A DNA stretch of 63,878 nucleotides, counting the filler, from Stramenopiles sp. TOSAG23-2 (lineage: Eukaryota): NCBI GenBank assembly GCA_900128395.1. It is 16 parts of 16 records of this genome, joined end to end, with 100 filler letters (N's around TTAATTAATTAA, not from the genome) between each part and the next. Parts side by side here need not be neighbours in the genome. Positions count along the whole stretch, not along the records: positions 1 to 4,100 come from LT650993.1; positions 4,201 to 8,299 come from LT650994.1; positions 8,400 to 12,495 come from LT650995.1; 13 more parts are not named here. The stretch is one strand, 5' to 3'. Position numbers and translations under genes: made by a program. Positions 1 through 10,522 of this stretch are shown piece by piece (positions within the stretch are counted from its first letter, which is position 1; the number at the start of each line of letters is the position of its first letter). A model generated the notes under the pieces. The model made no database searches. It was not told the origin of the DNA and saw only the letters and a list, made by a program, of their open reading frames with translations.

Positions 1-196
1 GTACGAGTTACAGGGCAAACTGGCCAGTTTTCCGATTAGAGGCCGAGCAAGCAGTATACATACCTGGTATATAGGTAGAGCGAAAATTAGTAGTAGTAGT
101 AATAAATATATATATATATATAAGATCCAAGATAAAATTAATATAACAACAACAAATAAGAAAGAGAAACAACAACAGCAAACAGACATATTCAAT

Positions 197-1954
197 ATGA
201 ATAATATGGAAGGAATTGGATTAGTTGTTGATAAAGAAGACAAAAATAGAAATTCATGGTTTGAAATACCAAATATAAGCTCAAGTCAAACATCCTCCTT
301 GTCAATCAACAACCCAACATGCAAAGAAGTTATTAAAAAGGGTTGTTTTAAAAAAAAATTAATATGTAACAATGTATTGACCCTTATCACGCAAGATAAT
401 AGTATTGGTTGGTATAAAAAATATCCATGGATATGTGAAAATTGTTATGAATTCCATAAAGGGAATCGATGGCATTGTGAAGTATGCAAGGCCGACATAT
501 GCCCGAAATGTTCATCAGCAGATGCGTCATTACTACAAAATAGTAAAGATGAAAATAAAAGTGGTAATGATGATAATGATGAATTATCTTCAAACATTAG
601 AAAATTTAATCAATCCAATAATCTTCGTAATATCATCAATAAATCTATTGAGGAGGATAAAACGTTTACAATATTGTCTTTTCATTTCAAAATTTCACAC
701 AAAAAGTTATCTTGTAGTAAAAAAATTATGATGCATTTATTTGATATTGGATTAATCATGTTTCCACTTTTCAGTTATATATATCGATTATTACAACATG
801 AAATACGATATTTTGATGGTTGTTGTTATGATATAAAAAAAGATTTTAAAAATGAAAGCATAACAGAGCAGGATGTTGTAAGTGAATTAGATCCTCTTCC
901 GTTGCAACCATGTAGTTTTGGGCCAAAAATAACAATGGATCAGTGCATAGCTTATAACGGTGGGACAAATGAAGTTAAATATTTAAAATATGAGATTTTC
1001 AAAGGCGCAGAAGACTCAGGACTGTTGGTCTCTTGTTTTAGTTTCGCGGTTGTTGTTATTGTGAGTTTTTATAAGTTGGAATCACTGCGTAATTTCAATT
1101 CGATTAATCAGTATCTGATTACACATGGCATATACATTTCCAAAACTGCAAGAAGTAATAGATTTACAATTATGATAATTTTAGCTTGTGGTTTGTTAAT
1201 ATCAAGCATATCTTTACTTCGCGGTATTCGTTACGAACTGCAAACTATGAAATTGCCTCTTAAAAACAATCCAAATGTATTTGCAACATTCAAGATGAAA
1301 AATTCTTCGACAAAATATACCAATTTAGATTATTTACCGCTAATTATATTTGTTTTTACCGAAGTATTTGTTTATTTTGCCCCATTGCTTTTACGTTTGT
1401 GGAAGTATGAAAAAAGTCGGTATTTAGATTTTAATTTAAAAAATATTCTCCTTGGAAATGATGAAGAAAATGATTTTAATACAAAACCTTTATTTCAATT
1501 TGATGGAAAATATGCAATATCAAAAATTCGAGTAGAAGATCTATCGTTTGGGAGGAACATATTAAATTACAAAACGAAACCAAAAAGTCGTGTTTCCTAT
1601 CGAAAAATAAAAACAAAATCAATAGAGGAGAAAAAGTTAATACAGTCTGATTTACAATTTTTAAATTTAAGACCTTCTCAATTTATAGGTATGAAAACAA
1701 AAAGCAGTGGAGATTTTGGTGTTGGTATACGTGGATACAAGATACCAGGAGCAATGGAAATAATTAATGAAAATAATAATAATAATAACCGTATGAAATC
1801 TTGTATGAAATCTTGTATTGATATACCCTTTAAATGTATTTGTGGAAAGTTAACACTTATTGTAATGACATTATCTTGTTTGTTACTATTTGCTATTTTG
1901 CAATGGTTAAATGATGGTTACATACAAGATACCAGGAGCAATGGAAATAATTAA
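197..1954 (+). CDS. Multi-pass membrane protein with an N-terminal ZZ-like zinc finger; probably the 5' part of one gene with 1911..3266
   Basis: 585-aa ORF with Cys pattern WICENC...RWHCEVCKADICPKC and several hydrophobic segments. Its C-terminus repeats the N-terminus of the next ORF through a tandem duplication. Confidence 0.65.
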   Translation: MNNMEGIGLVVDKEDKNRNSWFEIPNISSSQTSSLSINNPTCKEVIKKGCFKKKLICNNVLTLITQDNSIGWYKKYPWICENCYEFHKGNRWHCEVCKADICPKCSSADASLLQNSKDENKSGNDDNDELSSNIRKFNQSNNLRNIINKSIEEDKTFTILSFHFKISHKKLSCSKKIMMHLFDIGLIMFPLFSYIYRLLQHEIRYFDGCCYDIKKDFKNESITEQDVVSELDPLPLQPCSFGPKITMDQCIAYNGGTNEVKYLKYEIFKGAEDSGLLVSCFSFAVVVIVSFYKLESLRNFNSINQYLITHGIYISKTARSNRFTIMIILACGLLISSISLLRGIRYELQTMKLPLKNNPNVFATFKMKNSSTKYTNLDYLPLIIFVFTEVFVYFAPLLLRLWKYEKSRYLDFNLKNILLGNDEENDFNTKPLFQFDGKYAISKIRVEDLSFGRNILNYKTKPKSRVSYRKIKTKSIEEKKLIQSDLQFLNLRPSQFIGMKTKSSGDFGVGIRGYKIPGAMEIINENNNNNNRMKSCMKSCIDIPFKCICGKLTLIVMTLSCLLLFAILQWLNDGYIQDTRSNGNN

Positions 1955-2097
1955 TGAAAATAATAATAATAATAACTGTATGGAATCTTGTATTGGTATA
2001 TCCTTTAAATGGATTTGTGGAAAGTTAACATTTATTGTTATAACATTATCTTCTTTGTTAGTGTTTGTTATTTTGCAATGGTTAAATGATGGTTATA
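1735..2097 (+). repeat. Imperfect tandem duplication, period about 187 nt, that shifts the reading frame
   Basis: ATACAAGATACCAGGAGCAATGG...GCAATGGTTAAATGATGGTTA occurs at about 1735 and about 1922 with several substitutions. Confidence 0.95.
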
Positions 2098-3266
2098 GTG
2101 AAAGCAAGGATATTGCAAAGCTTTTAGCATCAGATAATGCATTCAAAATTGAAGAAAATCATGATAAAGCTTTGATCTACAGTGATGAGATATATCGCGT
2201 CGTTGTGTATTTTTTATTTCCATATTTCATATTTTGGATGGTATACCCCAACTGTATTTTTAAACAGTATGAATTCCCAAGTAAACTTCTACCAAGACGC
2301 ATGAAACCTCGTTGGTTCCGTTTTTTTTTTTGTAATTGTTGTTCGGTTTTCATATTAGTTGGAGGTGCTATTTTGTTTTTCTTATTAGTTCCACCAATAA
2401 TCGATTTTGGATATGAAAGACATAATCTAATAATATATAGCAATACTTCAGATGGAAAAACTATTGGTAAAAAAATGTGTATCTCTCAACAAGCAGGGAC
2501 AAATCCATTGCAACAAAAAAGTATTTTACAAGCATGTGATATGAATAATTTTGCGCAAAATTATGAAATGGATAGAGACACAAGTAAAATCAAAAATTTT
2601 TATCACCAAAGCCGTTGTTTAGGTGTAAATATTACTTCTGGGTATGTTAGTTTTTTTCCTTGTACTAAAACGACAACAGACGAACTTCCCATAGATTATT
2701 TTGAAAATATACATTTAGAATGGGATATAGATAAAAAAAAACCATACAATATATATCTGAAACAGAATAGTCCTGAGAAAATATGTTTAGGAGTTGATAA
2801 GAATGCGACAAATTCTTTATATGTATCGCCTAAATTATGTAAGGGTAATCATTTTTTGGAAACACAAGATAATTACCGACGTGATTCGATGATTGGTAGA
2901 TATGTTGCATACACATTAATTTTAATGATCATATTTCAAAGACTCTCATTTGAAGAAGTTTTTTATATCATGAAAAATGGTGGAATCACTGTTGATTCTG
3001 TTCGAAAGTATCAAGATTTACAAATGAAATCGTCAAAGTATAAAGCTAATTTCGAAAAGGATAAACACACATTTGCATACATTTTTGAATGGGTTATGTA
3101 CAGGGTTATTGTTTTAGTTTTTTGTGTTTTGTTTTTGATGTTGCTAGATAGTTTGGTTGTGGGTATTATTCTGTTTGCTATTGGTGTGGGTATTTGGTAT
3201 TGTTGTTGTAATTCTTGTTGTAATACGAAGCCTAAAAAAAAATATGTAGAAAATAGAAAAATATAG
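1911..3266 (+). CDS. Membrane protein with a possible ricin-B/beta-trefoil-like extracellular domain; probably the 3' part of the same gene
   Basis: TM segments flank a region containing KMCISQ..LQACD, RCLGV..FPC and ICLGV..KLC repeats. Confidence 0.6.
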   Translation: MMVTYKIPGAMEIINENNNNNNCMESCIGISFKWICGKLTFIVITLSSLLVFVILQWLNDGYSESKDIAKLLASDNAFKIEENHDKALIYSDEIYRVVVYFLFPYFIFWMVYPNCIFKQYEFPSKLLPRRMKPRWFRFFFCNCCSVFILVGGAILFFLLVPPIIDFGYERHNLIIYSNTSDGKTIGKKMCISQQAGTNPLQQKSILQACDMNNFAQNYEMDRDTSKIKNFYHQSRCLGVNITSGYVSFFPCTKTTTDELPIDYFENIHLEWDIDKKKPYNIYLKQNSPEKICLGVDKNATNSLYVSPKLCKGNHFLETQDNYRRDSMIGRYVAYTLILMIIFQRLSFEEVFYIMKNGGITVDSVRKYQDLQMKSSKYKANFEKDKHTFAYIFEWVMYRVIVLVFCVLFLMLLDSLVVGIILFAIGVGIWYCCCNSCCNTKPKKKYVENRKI

Positions 3267-3382
3267 AAATTTCTAGAGGGACATTAAATTTAAATTGTCT
3301 GGATTTCCTGTATCTATTTTAGTGAAATTTTTGTGTGTGTGGTGGCGAAAAAACAGGGCTTTAGTACAATATTAGATTACTG

Positions 3383-3913
3383 TCAAGGTGGGCTATTAAA
3401 AATTATAAAAATTAAAAATTATAAAAATTAAAAATATGATAGGAGATCTGAGGAGAAAATAGTGTAGTGTAATAGTGTATTTAATTGTGTTGAAAATATA
3501 CCTTAAGTTGCTAAAAAAAAATCGACGACGACTTTTCTAGTCGTTAGAAAAGTGATGATGAAACACAACCAAAAATATAAATATAAAAATATTAATAAAA
3601 TAGAAAAGAGATCATGTAAACATATATATGAAAAGAAATTTGTCAATTAGTCAAGGTGGGCTATTAAAAATTATAAAAATTATAAAAAATATGATAGGAG
3701 AGATCTGAGGATAAAATAATGTAGTGTAATAGTGTATGTAATTTTTGTTGAGGAAAATATACCTTAAGTTGCTAAAAAAAATATCGACGACTTTTGCACT
3801 TTTCTAGTCGTTAGAAAAGTGATGATGAAAAACAACCAAAAATATTAAATAAAAATAGAATAAAATAGAAAAGAGATCATGTAAACATATATATGAAAAG
3901 AAATTTGTCAATT
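3383..3913. repeat. Imperfect tandem duplication of about 265 nt, intergenic
   Basis: TCAAGGTGGGCTATTAAAAATTATA...GAAATTTGTCAATTA is present twice, with indels. Confidence 0.9.
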
Positions 3914-4100
3914 AAGTAATACCAACAGAGTGAGAAAGAAAATCATATCTAAGAACTGTTTGTGTTGAGGCTTTTTTCCGTTTTATCTTTCGTTTTATTA
4001 TTTGAATATACAAATATAATATATATACACCACCACAATATAAAGATAAAGATAAATCATCAACATGGAGCGAGATGAAGATGGACGGTTGGTTTTAACG

Positions 4101-4200
4101 NNNNNNNNNNNNNNNNNNNNNNNNNNNNNNNNNNNNNNNNNNNNTTAATTAATTAANNNNNNNNNNNNNNNNNNNNNNNNNNNNNNNNNNNNNNNNNNNN
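4101..4200. other. Artificial contig spacer N44-TTAATTAATTAA-N44. First of 15; the others start at 8300, 12496, 16692, 20883, 25071, 29258, 33440, 37619, 41797, 45972, 50146, 54318, 58490 and 62662.
   Basis: Identical 100-nt block with stop codons in all six frames. Lengths of the intervening segments decrease steadily (4099, 4096, 4096, 4091 ... 4072). Confidence 0.99.
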
Positions 4201-5165
4201 TGTACATCAGTAATATTATTATTATCTAGGTCCAATGTCTTTAATGTATTGTTTGCTTTCAATGCTTCACCAATACTTTGTACATCAGTAATATTGTTAT
4301 TACTTAGGGACAAGTACGTTAATGTATTGTTTGCTTTCAATGCTTCACCAATACTTTGTACATCAGTAATATTGTTATTACTTAGGGACAAGTACGTTAA
4401 TGTATTGTTTGCTTTCAATGCTTCACCAATACTTTGTACATCAGTAATATTGTTATTACTTAGGGACAAGTACGTTAATGTATTGTTTGCTTTCAATGCT
4501 TCACCAATACTTTGTACATCAGTAATATTATTATTATCTAGGTCCAATCTCGTTAATGTATTGTTTGATCGTAGACCGTCACCAATACTTTGTACATTAA
4601 CAATATTATTATTAGTTAGGCGCAATGTTTTTAATTTAGTGTTTGTTTTTAACAATTTAGCAATACTTTGTACATGAATAATCTTGTTGTTATCTAGGTC
4701 CAAGTATGTCAATATATTATTTGCTGTCAACGCGTAACCTATATTTGGTATATCCTCATCATGGATGGTTTTTCCATCCAAAATTACTTTACTGGCCTGA
4801 AAATTGACTCCATATTTTTTTGTCAATACAACTCTAAAATAATACCAACGCAAGGGATCATACGCAAGAAAGGTTTTGCATGTTTTCGCAAACATATTTA
4901 TCATTGCAAGTATATCATCATCAAAATATGCTATAAGACCTGGTGTTGTAGCAGTGCCGATACATATTTGTAATAAACCAGGTAAATGTTCAAAATGTGT
5001 TTTTCTGGTTGCTATGGTTGTTGTTCTTTTTTTTGTTGTTGTCGTCGTCGTCGGCGTTGTTGTTGTTGGTGTCTGGTTATCGTTCGTAACTAAAGATGGA
5101 TTTGTATTTATAGTGATATGAGTTCTCGTAGGTGTATGGTTGTCATCAGTAAGTAGAAATGCCAT
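4201..5165 (-). CDS. Leucine-rich repeat protein (RI/NLRC3-like, 26-aa repeats), 3'-truncated by the contig end
   Basis: Repeat NNNITDVQSIGEALKANNTLTYLSLS; Thr-rich N-terminus. Confidence 0.9.
4243..4554 (-). repeat. Coding minisatellite with a 78-nt unit; three identical copies plus partly diverged flanking copies
   Basis: AATGTATTGTTTGCTTTCAATGCTTCACC starts at 4243, 4321, 4399 and 4477. Confidence 0.95.
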
Positions 5166-6239
5166 TTTATTTACACTGATATTAGTTTATATATATCGAT
5201 ATATATATGATTGTGTCTTTTCTTGTATCTTTAAGTATTTATGTGGTGCTATGTATCTTTTAGAATATATATATGTATGTATAATATCTGTGTAGACTTG
5301 TATATATTAGGTACCAGTCTAGTTTAATATCATTGGAGAATATATATACTAGCTCGAAAACTCACACAACAACACTTTCTTCGAAAAAATATAATAATAA
5401 TACCTGGTAATAGTCTAATAAATATATTATTATTTATTTAGAACCTGAAAACCGATTAATTTGTGTATTTGATAGGTAATATAGTGTGTAAGTACACTAA
5501 AATTGTATCGAACCCGAGGGTTACAATGGGAATAGCAGGGACGAGATACAGAAGACATTAGTTGGGGTGTTTGATAGGTAATATAGGGTGTAAGTATACT
5601 AACCTTGTACCGAACGCGAGGTTTACAATCGGAATAGCATGGATGAGATACAGAAGAAATTCAAGGAAGACGGTAAACATGTAAATGCTGTATAGTAAAT
5701 AATCATAGTAAAAAAAAAAACGTTTTTTATTGTTTATATGATGTGAATATTGTATCAGTGAGCTAATATCGTATATATTAATCACGTGACAATAAGTTTG
5801 GGTGATAAATGTTTTATTATGATATGCGGTCTATTTTAAGTATAGCTGCAGGCATCGTGCTGTTCCACGATTATTGTATTAATTTGGAATATAAATTGTG
5901 ATATAATCCCATATATATATTCTTTTATTATGTGTATCAATAAAGATGTTTTATAATAAAGACAAGTATTTTGTGTATAATTGTATATAAATATTTATCT
6001 ATGTATGTTTATATATTTGTATCAATAAAGATGTTTTATAATAAAGACAAGTATTTTGTGTATATATGTATATAAATATTTATCTCTGTATCTTTATATA
6101 TATATTGTGTTGTATAGTAGTACTATTGTATGATAACAGGACAGAGTATATAAACGGAAGAAGCCTTTTGATGTTCAATCGATGCTGTGGCCATCGTATT
6201 CTACAGTTGACGGGCACAAAGAAAAGGCGTAAACACTGA

Positions 6240-6690
6240 TTATCATTAATTTCCGCAATTTTTTTATTTGGATTTACACGAAAAAAAGCGTGCGAGTTCA
6301 ATTTCAAATACCATTTGTAACGACCATATTAACGTAGTTTTAAGGGTGCTATCGGTTTAGGCAAGACTTAAGGTGAATTCTCCTAAAAACCCTACTATAC
6401 TTGATAGGGTTTGCAACCGATGCAGGCTCCTAGCTCTATATTACTATTCCACACCTTAAGTATGGGGAAAAGCGTAAAAAGGAATTATCAGGAATTTCCG
6501 CAATTTTTTCATTTGGATTTACACGAAAAAAAGCGTGCGAATTCAATTTGAAATACTATTTTGTAACGACCATATCAGAGGTTTAAGGGAAAAATAGGTT
6601 TATGGAAGAGACTTAGGTGAATTCTCACAAAAACACTACTGCACTACTATACTTGATAGGGTTTGCAACCGAGGCAGGCTAATAGCTCTA
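6240..6690. repeat. Imperfect tandem repeat, about 245-nt unit x2
   Basis: ATTTCCGCAATTTTTT..ATTTGGATTTACACGAAAAAAAGCGTGCGA and CTATACTTGATAGGGTTTGCAACCGA each occur twice. Confidence 0.85.
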
Positions 6691-6890
6691 TATGAATATT
6701 GAGACGACTCACAGTGTAGCAGTATATATAGGTTATTTTTTTATAATATTAATATAAACAGTTATTATACATCAATATTACATACAAACGTGAAAGGAAA
6801 TATACTAATTATATAAAATAAAAAAACGAAAAAGTATTTAATACATAAGAAAATTTATATATTGTTGAAAAAAAGAAAGATATATTATTT

Positions 6891-6957
6891 ATGGCACGAA
6901 CAAAGCAAACCGCCAGGAATCCAATTGGCTAGACGTATCCGTGGGGAGCGTGCTTAA
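6891..6957 (+). pseudogene. H3: Internally deleted histone H3 fragment (N-terminal 9 codons joined out of frame to the C-terminal 12 codons)
   Basis: ATG GCA CGA ACA AAG CAA ACC GCC AGG (MARTKQTAR), one extra A, then ATC CAA TTG GCT AGA CGT ATC CGT GGG GAG CGT GCT TAA (IQLARRIRGERA*). Both parts match canonical H3 termini exactly. Confidence 0.92.
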
Positions 6958-7749
6958 CCAATGGAAGGATGCTTTGGTCGTGTTTGCATGTTTCAAAAAA
7001 TTCAAAAGAAAAATTGACCTTGTTGAAACTGTAAACCTATATATATATATATATCTTATGCTTGCGTGTTTATCAACGAATTATTCTTGAACGGGTTGTA
7101 TACTCTATTAATCAATAACTTGATTCGGTATTTAATTGTCAGTAGGTTATTCTTGAACGGGTTCTATACTTTATTAATCGATAATTTGATTATAGATTTA
7201 TTTCGCAATTAAATATATGTAATTCTTGAGCGAAATACTTTATTAATCGATAACAGGAAAAGGCATATCAATGAATTATTCCATTATCCTTGAACGAGTT
7301 CTATAGTTCAAATAGTTTATGATGCTAAAATATAAAATCATCGCCATTTCTGTCACATTTTTGTAATGATTTTTTTGAAATGGTTGTCACAAGCATAAAA
7401 ATCAAATATCGAGTATTCGTCACATGGTATAACAAGTGAAGAGTAAATCAATTATTTATGTAATAACAAACGTAATGGGCATATGATAGAATACGTAGTA
7501 TATTCGTGGACACTTTATTTTCATTAGGTCGTGGTGGAGGAGACATGTATTGGTGGTAATATTTGGTTGAATGGTATTGATTTTTATGAATGAATGCAAT
7601 ATTTGTATTCACGTGGTAATTATATGTAATATAATACGTTGTATGTGTTTGTATTGTATGTAATACAAAGTATATATATATATATATTGTTTGTAAATTT
7701 ATATTATTATTTGTAAAAAGAGAACTAGTTTGTTGAAAAACAGAGTTTG

Positions 7750-8299
7750 TCTTGGATGAGGAGACGGTAATGGTGCTGTGTGCCTGTTAACCATGAGCAA
7801 CGTTGTAGGTACACGCAATGGTATGGCCATGTAAATTCAATACATAGAATGTTCCACTAATAGATTGTTTTTGTCGGAACATTTAGGGCCATATAACAGA
7901 CATAATATATAAACCGTTTTAGCACTTAGCACGGTGGTAGCAGAAGAAAAACCTTAACGATACAAAAATTCATTATTTCGAGTTAGTTTAATTTGAAATG
8001 GCATACGTATATATATAAATATTACATATGTGCACTTCTGTATCGAACGTTGCATCAATTACGCTGTCCACAAACGTAGTAATCTTATCACGCTTAGCAT
8101 CATCATGCAAATAATATCTTATTGCGGCGACATGGAGAAACGACCACAATATTAAATGACAGTGCAACAATCCACTACCCGTTGCCTCAATAACCCCGAC
8201 AAATCCTCTAGGTGTTCCCCATAATCCGCGGTTGACACGATGATGGCTGAATATTTTAATAAATACAGTGTTTACAACCATAAAAGTCACTTTTACCAA
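7750..8299 (-). mobile_element. Degenerate Helitron-type Rep (HUH endonuclease) fragment, truncated at the contig end
   Basis: GLWGTPRGFVGVIEATGSGLLHCHLILW resembles Helitron Rep motif 2 (ExQxRGxLHxHxLxW). A downstream broken frame gives LNLHGHTIAC, resembling the HxHxxxC motif. Confidence 0.7.
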
Positions 8300-8835
8300 N
8301 NNNNNNNNNNNNNNNNNNNNNNNNNNNNNNNNNNNNNNNNNNNTTAATTAATTAANNNNNNNNNNNNNNNNNNNNNNNNNNNNNNNNNNNNNNNNNNNNA
8401 ACACTCTCCTGTTGCTCCGCGTGTGTCGTGTGTATTAATATAAAAATACTTTTTATTTAAATTATGACATATAAATTATGATATTGTACTTGTTATGATA
8501 TACGAACATTCGTATAAAAATTTTCTCTTACTCATGTATTATATATATTTATATGAATATTATTTATACATGCATATGTGTAGAATAATTATCATATATC
8601 GATATTATTATATTATATTTTTAAATAAAATTAATTAAAGTTAAAAGAGAAATTTAATATTACGTACTCGTATTAATAATATACGAACCCGTATTTTTTT
8701 CAGATCTAGCGCTCTTCAGCTCTTTATTTTTTTTTACGTACGTGGTAGAATTATTGTCCATAAAATGTTCGTCTCGGTACATTTTAAATGTACACGGTAT
8801 GTAATTGTCAGCCTCTTTCTCAAGTATCATAGCCA

Positions 8836-9771
8836 TCAAGGTTTGTCTTCCTCACTTGTACTTGTATTATTTTCATCCCATTTTGTTTCTTTTGTCACTG
8901 GATTATGTAGATAAAATTGCTGATGCTCCGGTGAAAAATGCTTTGTCCATCTTCGTTTTTTCTCAGCAACTGCTGCTTCTTTCACTAGATTCTGAAAAAT
9001 ATCGGCATCTTCCTCTTCCTCTTCTTCTTCTTCTTTTTCAGCAACATCTTCCTGGGTAGGCGTAGTATTATCCCCTTCTTTCTCTACACCATCATCGTCA
9101 CTTGCCCATGTGGTTTCATTTGTTTCTTCGTCATGTATATAATATTTCTGATGGACAACGCTAAAATGTCTAGTTTTTTTCGATTTCTTGTGTTTCATCG
9201 TTTCTGCCCCTGATCCCTTTTCATTCGTAGCCATTCCACTATTTCCTGCTTCTGTATCCCAATATGTTTCCCCAGTTACATGATTCACAAAATAATACGT
9301 CTTGTGTTTCTCACTAAAATACCGCCTTGTATTCCTTGAATCTTTATCAGATAAATTCTTTGATTTAGAATTTAATGATACGGTTGCACGTCGTTTACTA
9401 CTATTGCTATCATATTTTTTCTTATTACTATTATTTTTACCATTGCTGATTTCTAATATGTTTAAATCAAGTCGTTTTCTACCGTTTTTATCATTATTAT
9501 TATTTAATGCTGGTGAAAACGATACTCGACGAGCAACTTTTCTTGTTGTTGTTGTTGTTGATGATGCTGCTGCTGATGTTTTGTTAAATTGATTTTGATG
9601 GTGCATTTTTTTTGCAAAGCACAATGCATTCATGATATATTTTAAACGTTTTGTTGATACAGTTTCTTGTAAACACATTAAATCATCTTCAATTTTTGTA
9701 ATGTCATCTTTATGAAAGTTATCTTCATCATAGATTATTCCATAATGCATTCTCACCAGCATTTGGATCAT
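8836..9771 (-). CDS. Protein with three WW-like domains; true start uncertain, possibly 9811
   Basis: YYFVNHVTGETYWD, YYIHDEETNETTWA and WTKHFS..FYLHNPVTKETKWD. Confidence 0.75.
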   Translation of the reverse strand: MIQMLVRMHYGIIYDEDNFHKDDITKIEDDLMCLQETVSTKRLKYIMNALCFAKKMHHQNQFNKTSAAASSTTTTTRKVARRVSFSPALNNNNDKNGRKRLDLNILEISNGKNNSNKKKYDSNSSKRRATVSLNSKSKNLSDKDSRNTRRYFSEKHKTYYFVNHVTGETYWDTEAGNSGMATNEKGSGAETMKHKKSKKTRHFSVVHQKYYIHDEETNETTWASDDDGVEKEGDNTTPTQEDVAEKEEEEEEEEDADIFQNLVKEAAVAEKKRRWTKHFSPEHQQFYLHNPVTKETKWDENNTSTSEEDKP

Positions 9772-10522
9772 GATATGCTAAATCTTCGATGGATACTGGA
9801 CTATGTTCCATATTATAATCCCAATGTATATATATATATATATGAGTTACAAATATAGATATCTTCACATACAATATACTATTAAAACTAATAATATTTA
9901 ATACATAAAAGATGAGACGAATTGAAATACAATCTTTCCACTTTTACACATGTACTAATGCACTTCATGCATATGTACATAAGAAATCTTCTATATACTA
10001 TATTAAATAAGATTATATTAATTTAATATTCATATAAATGTGTGTACATTTAATATATCGTTTATTGTTGGATGATCTTTTGGATAGTTTAGAGAGAGAG
10101 ATCCTCCATAGAAATACCATTGAAATATGGATTTGATCAGGAAATATGGATTTGTTCAGCTATACAGCTACCACCAATATTCACGTGTGTCGTGTGTGCT
10201 GGTGTGCAATTATGTATTTACACAAAATCTAAATCTTAAATCTTATATTAGAGATAAAACCTTAACAACCTGGATCTTCTCATCTTCTCTCATCGTGATG
10301 TTGTAAATAGCCGTGCCAACTTCAACATTGGATTGCCTTCTTTTCTATTAACGACAAAATATATATTTTCAAAACACAAAGTCACCGAACTTATATATAT
10401 GGCCCATGATATCTTTAGTATAAATAGATTAAAAAAAAAAACAGACATATCAACATTAAAAAACAAGAAATAGATAACCATGATGACGCAAATAATAATG
10501 TACATACTACTACATTGAAGCC

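Noticed and set aside
4145-4156. Regularly spaced TTAATTAATTAA palindromes about every 4.2 kb, read as a repeat array or element boundary
   Set aside because: They are always embedded in N runs and form a standard six-frame-stop contig linker, so they are not biological.
4243-4554. CRISPR-like array
   Set aside because: The units are contiguous 78-nt in-frame coding repeats with no unique spacers, and there are no cas genes.
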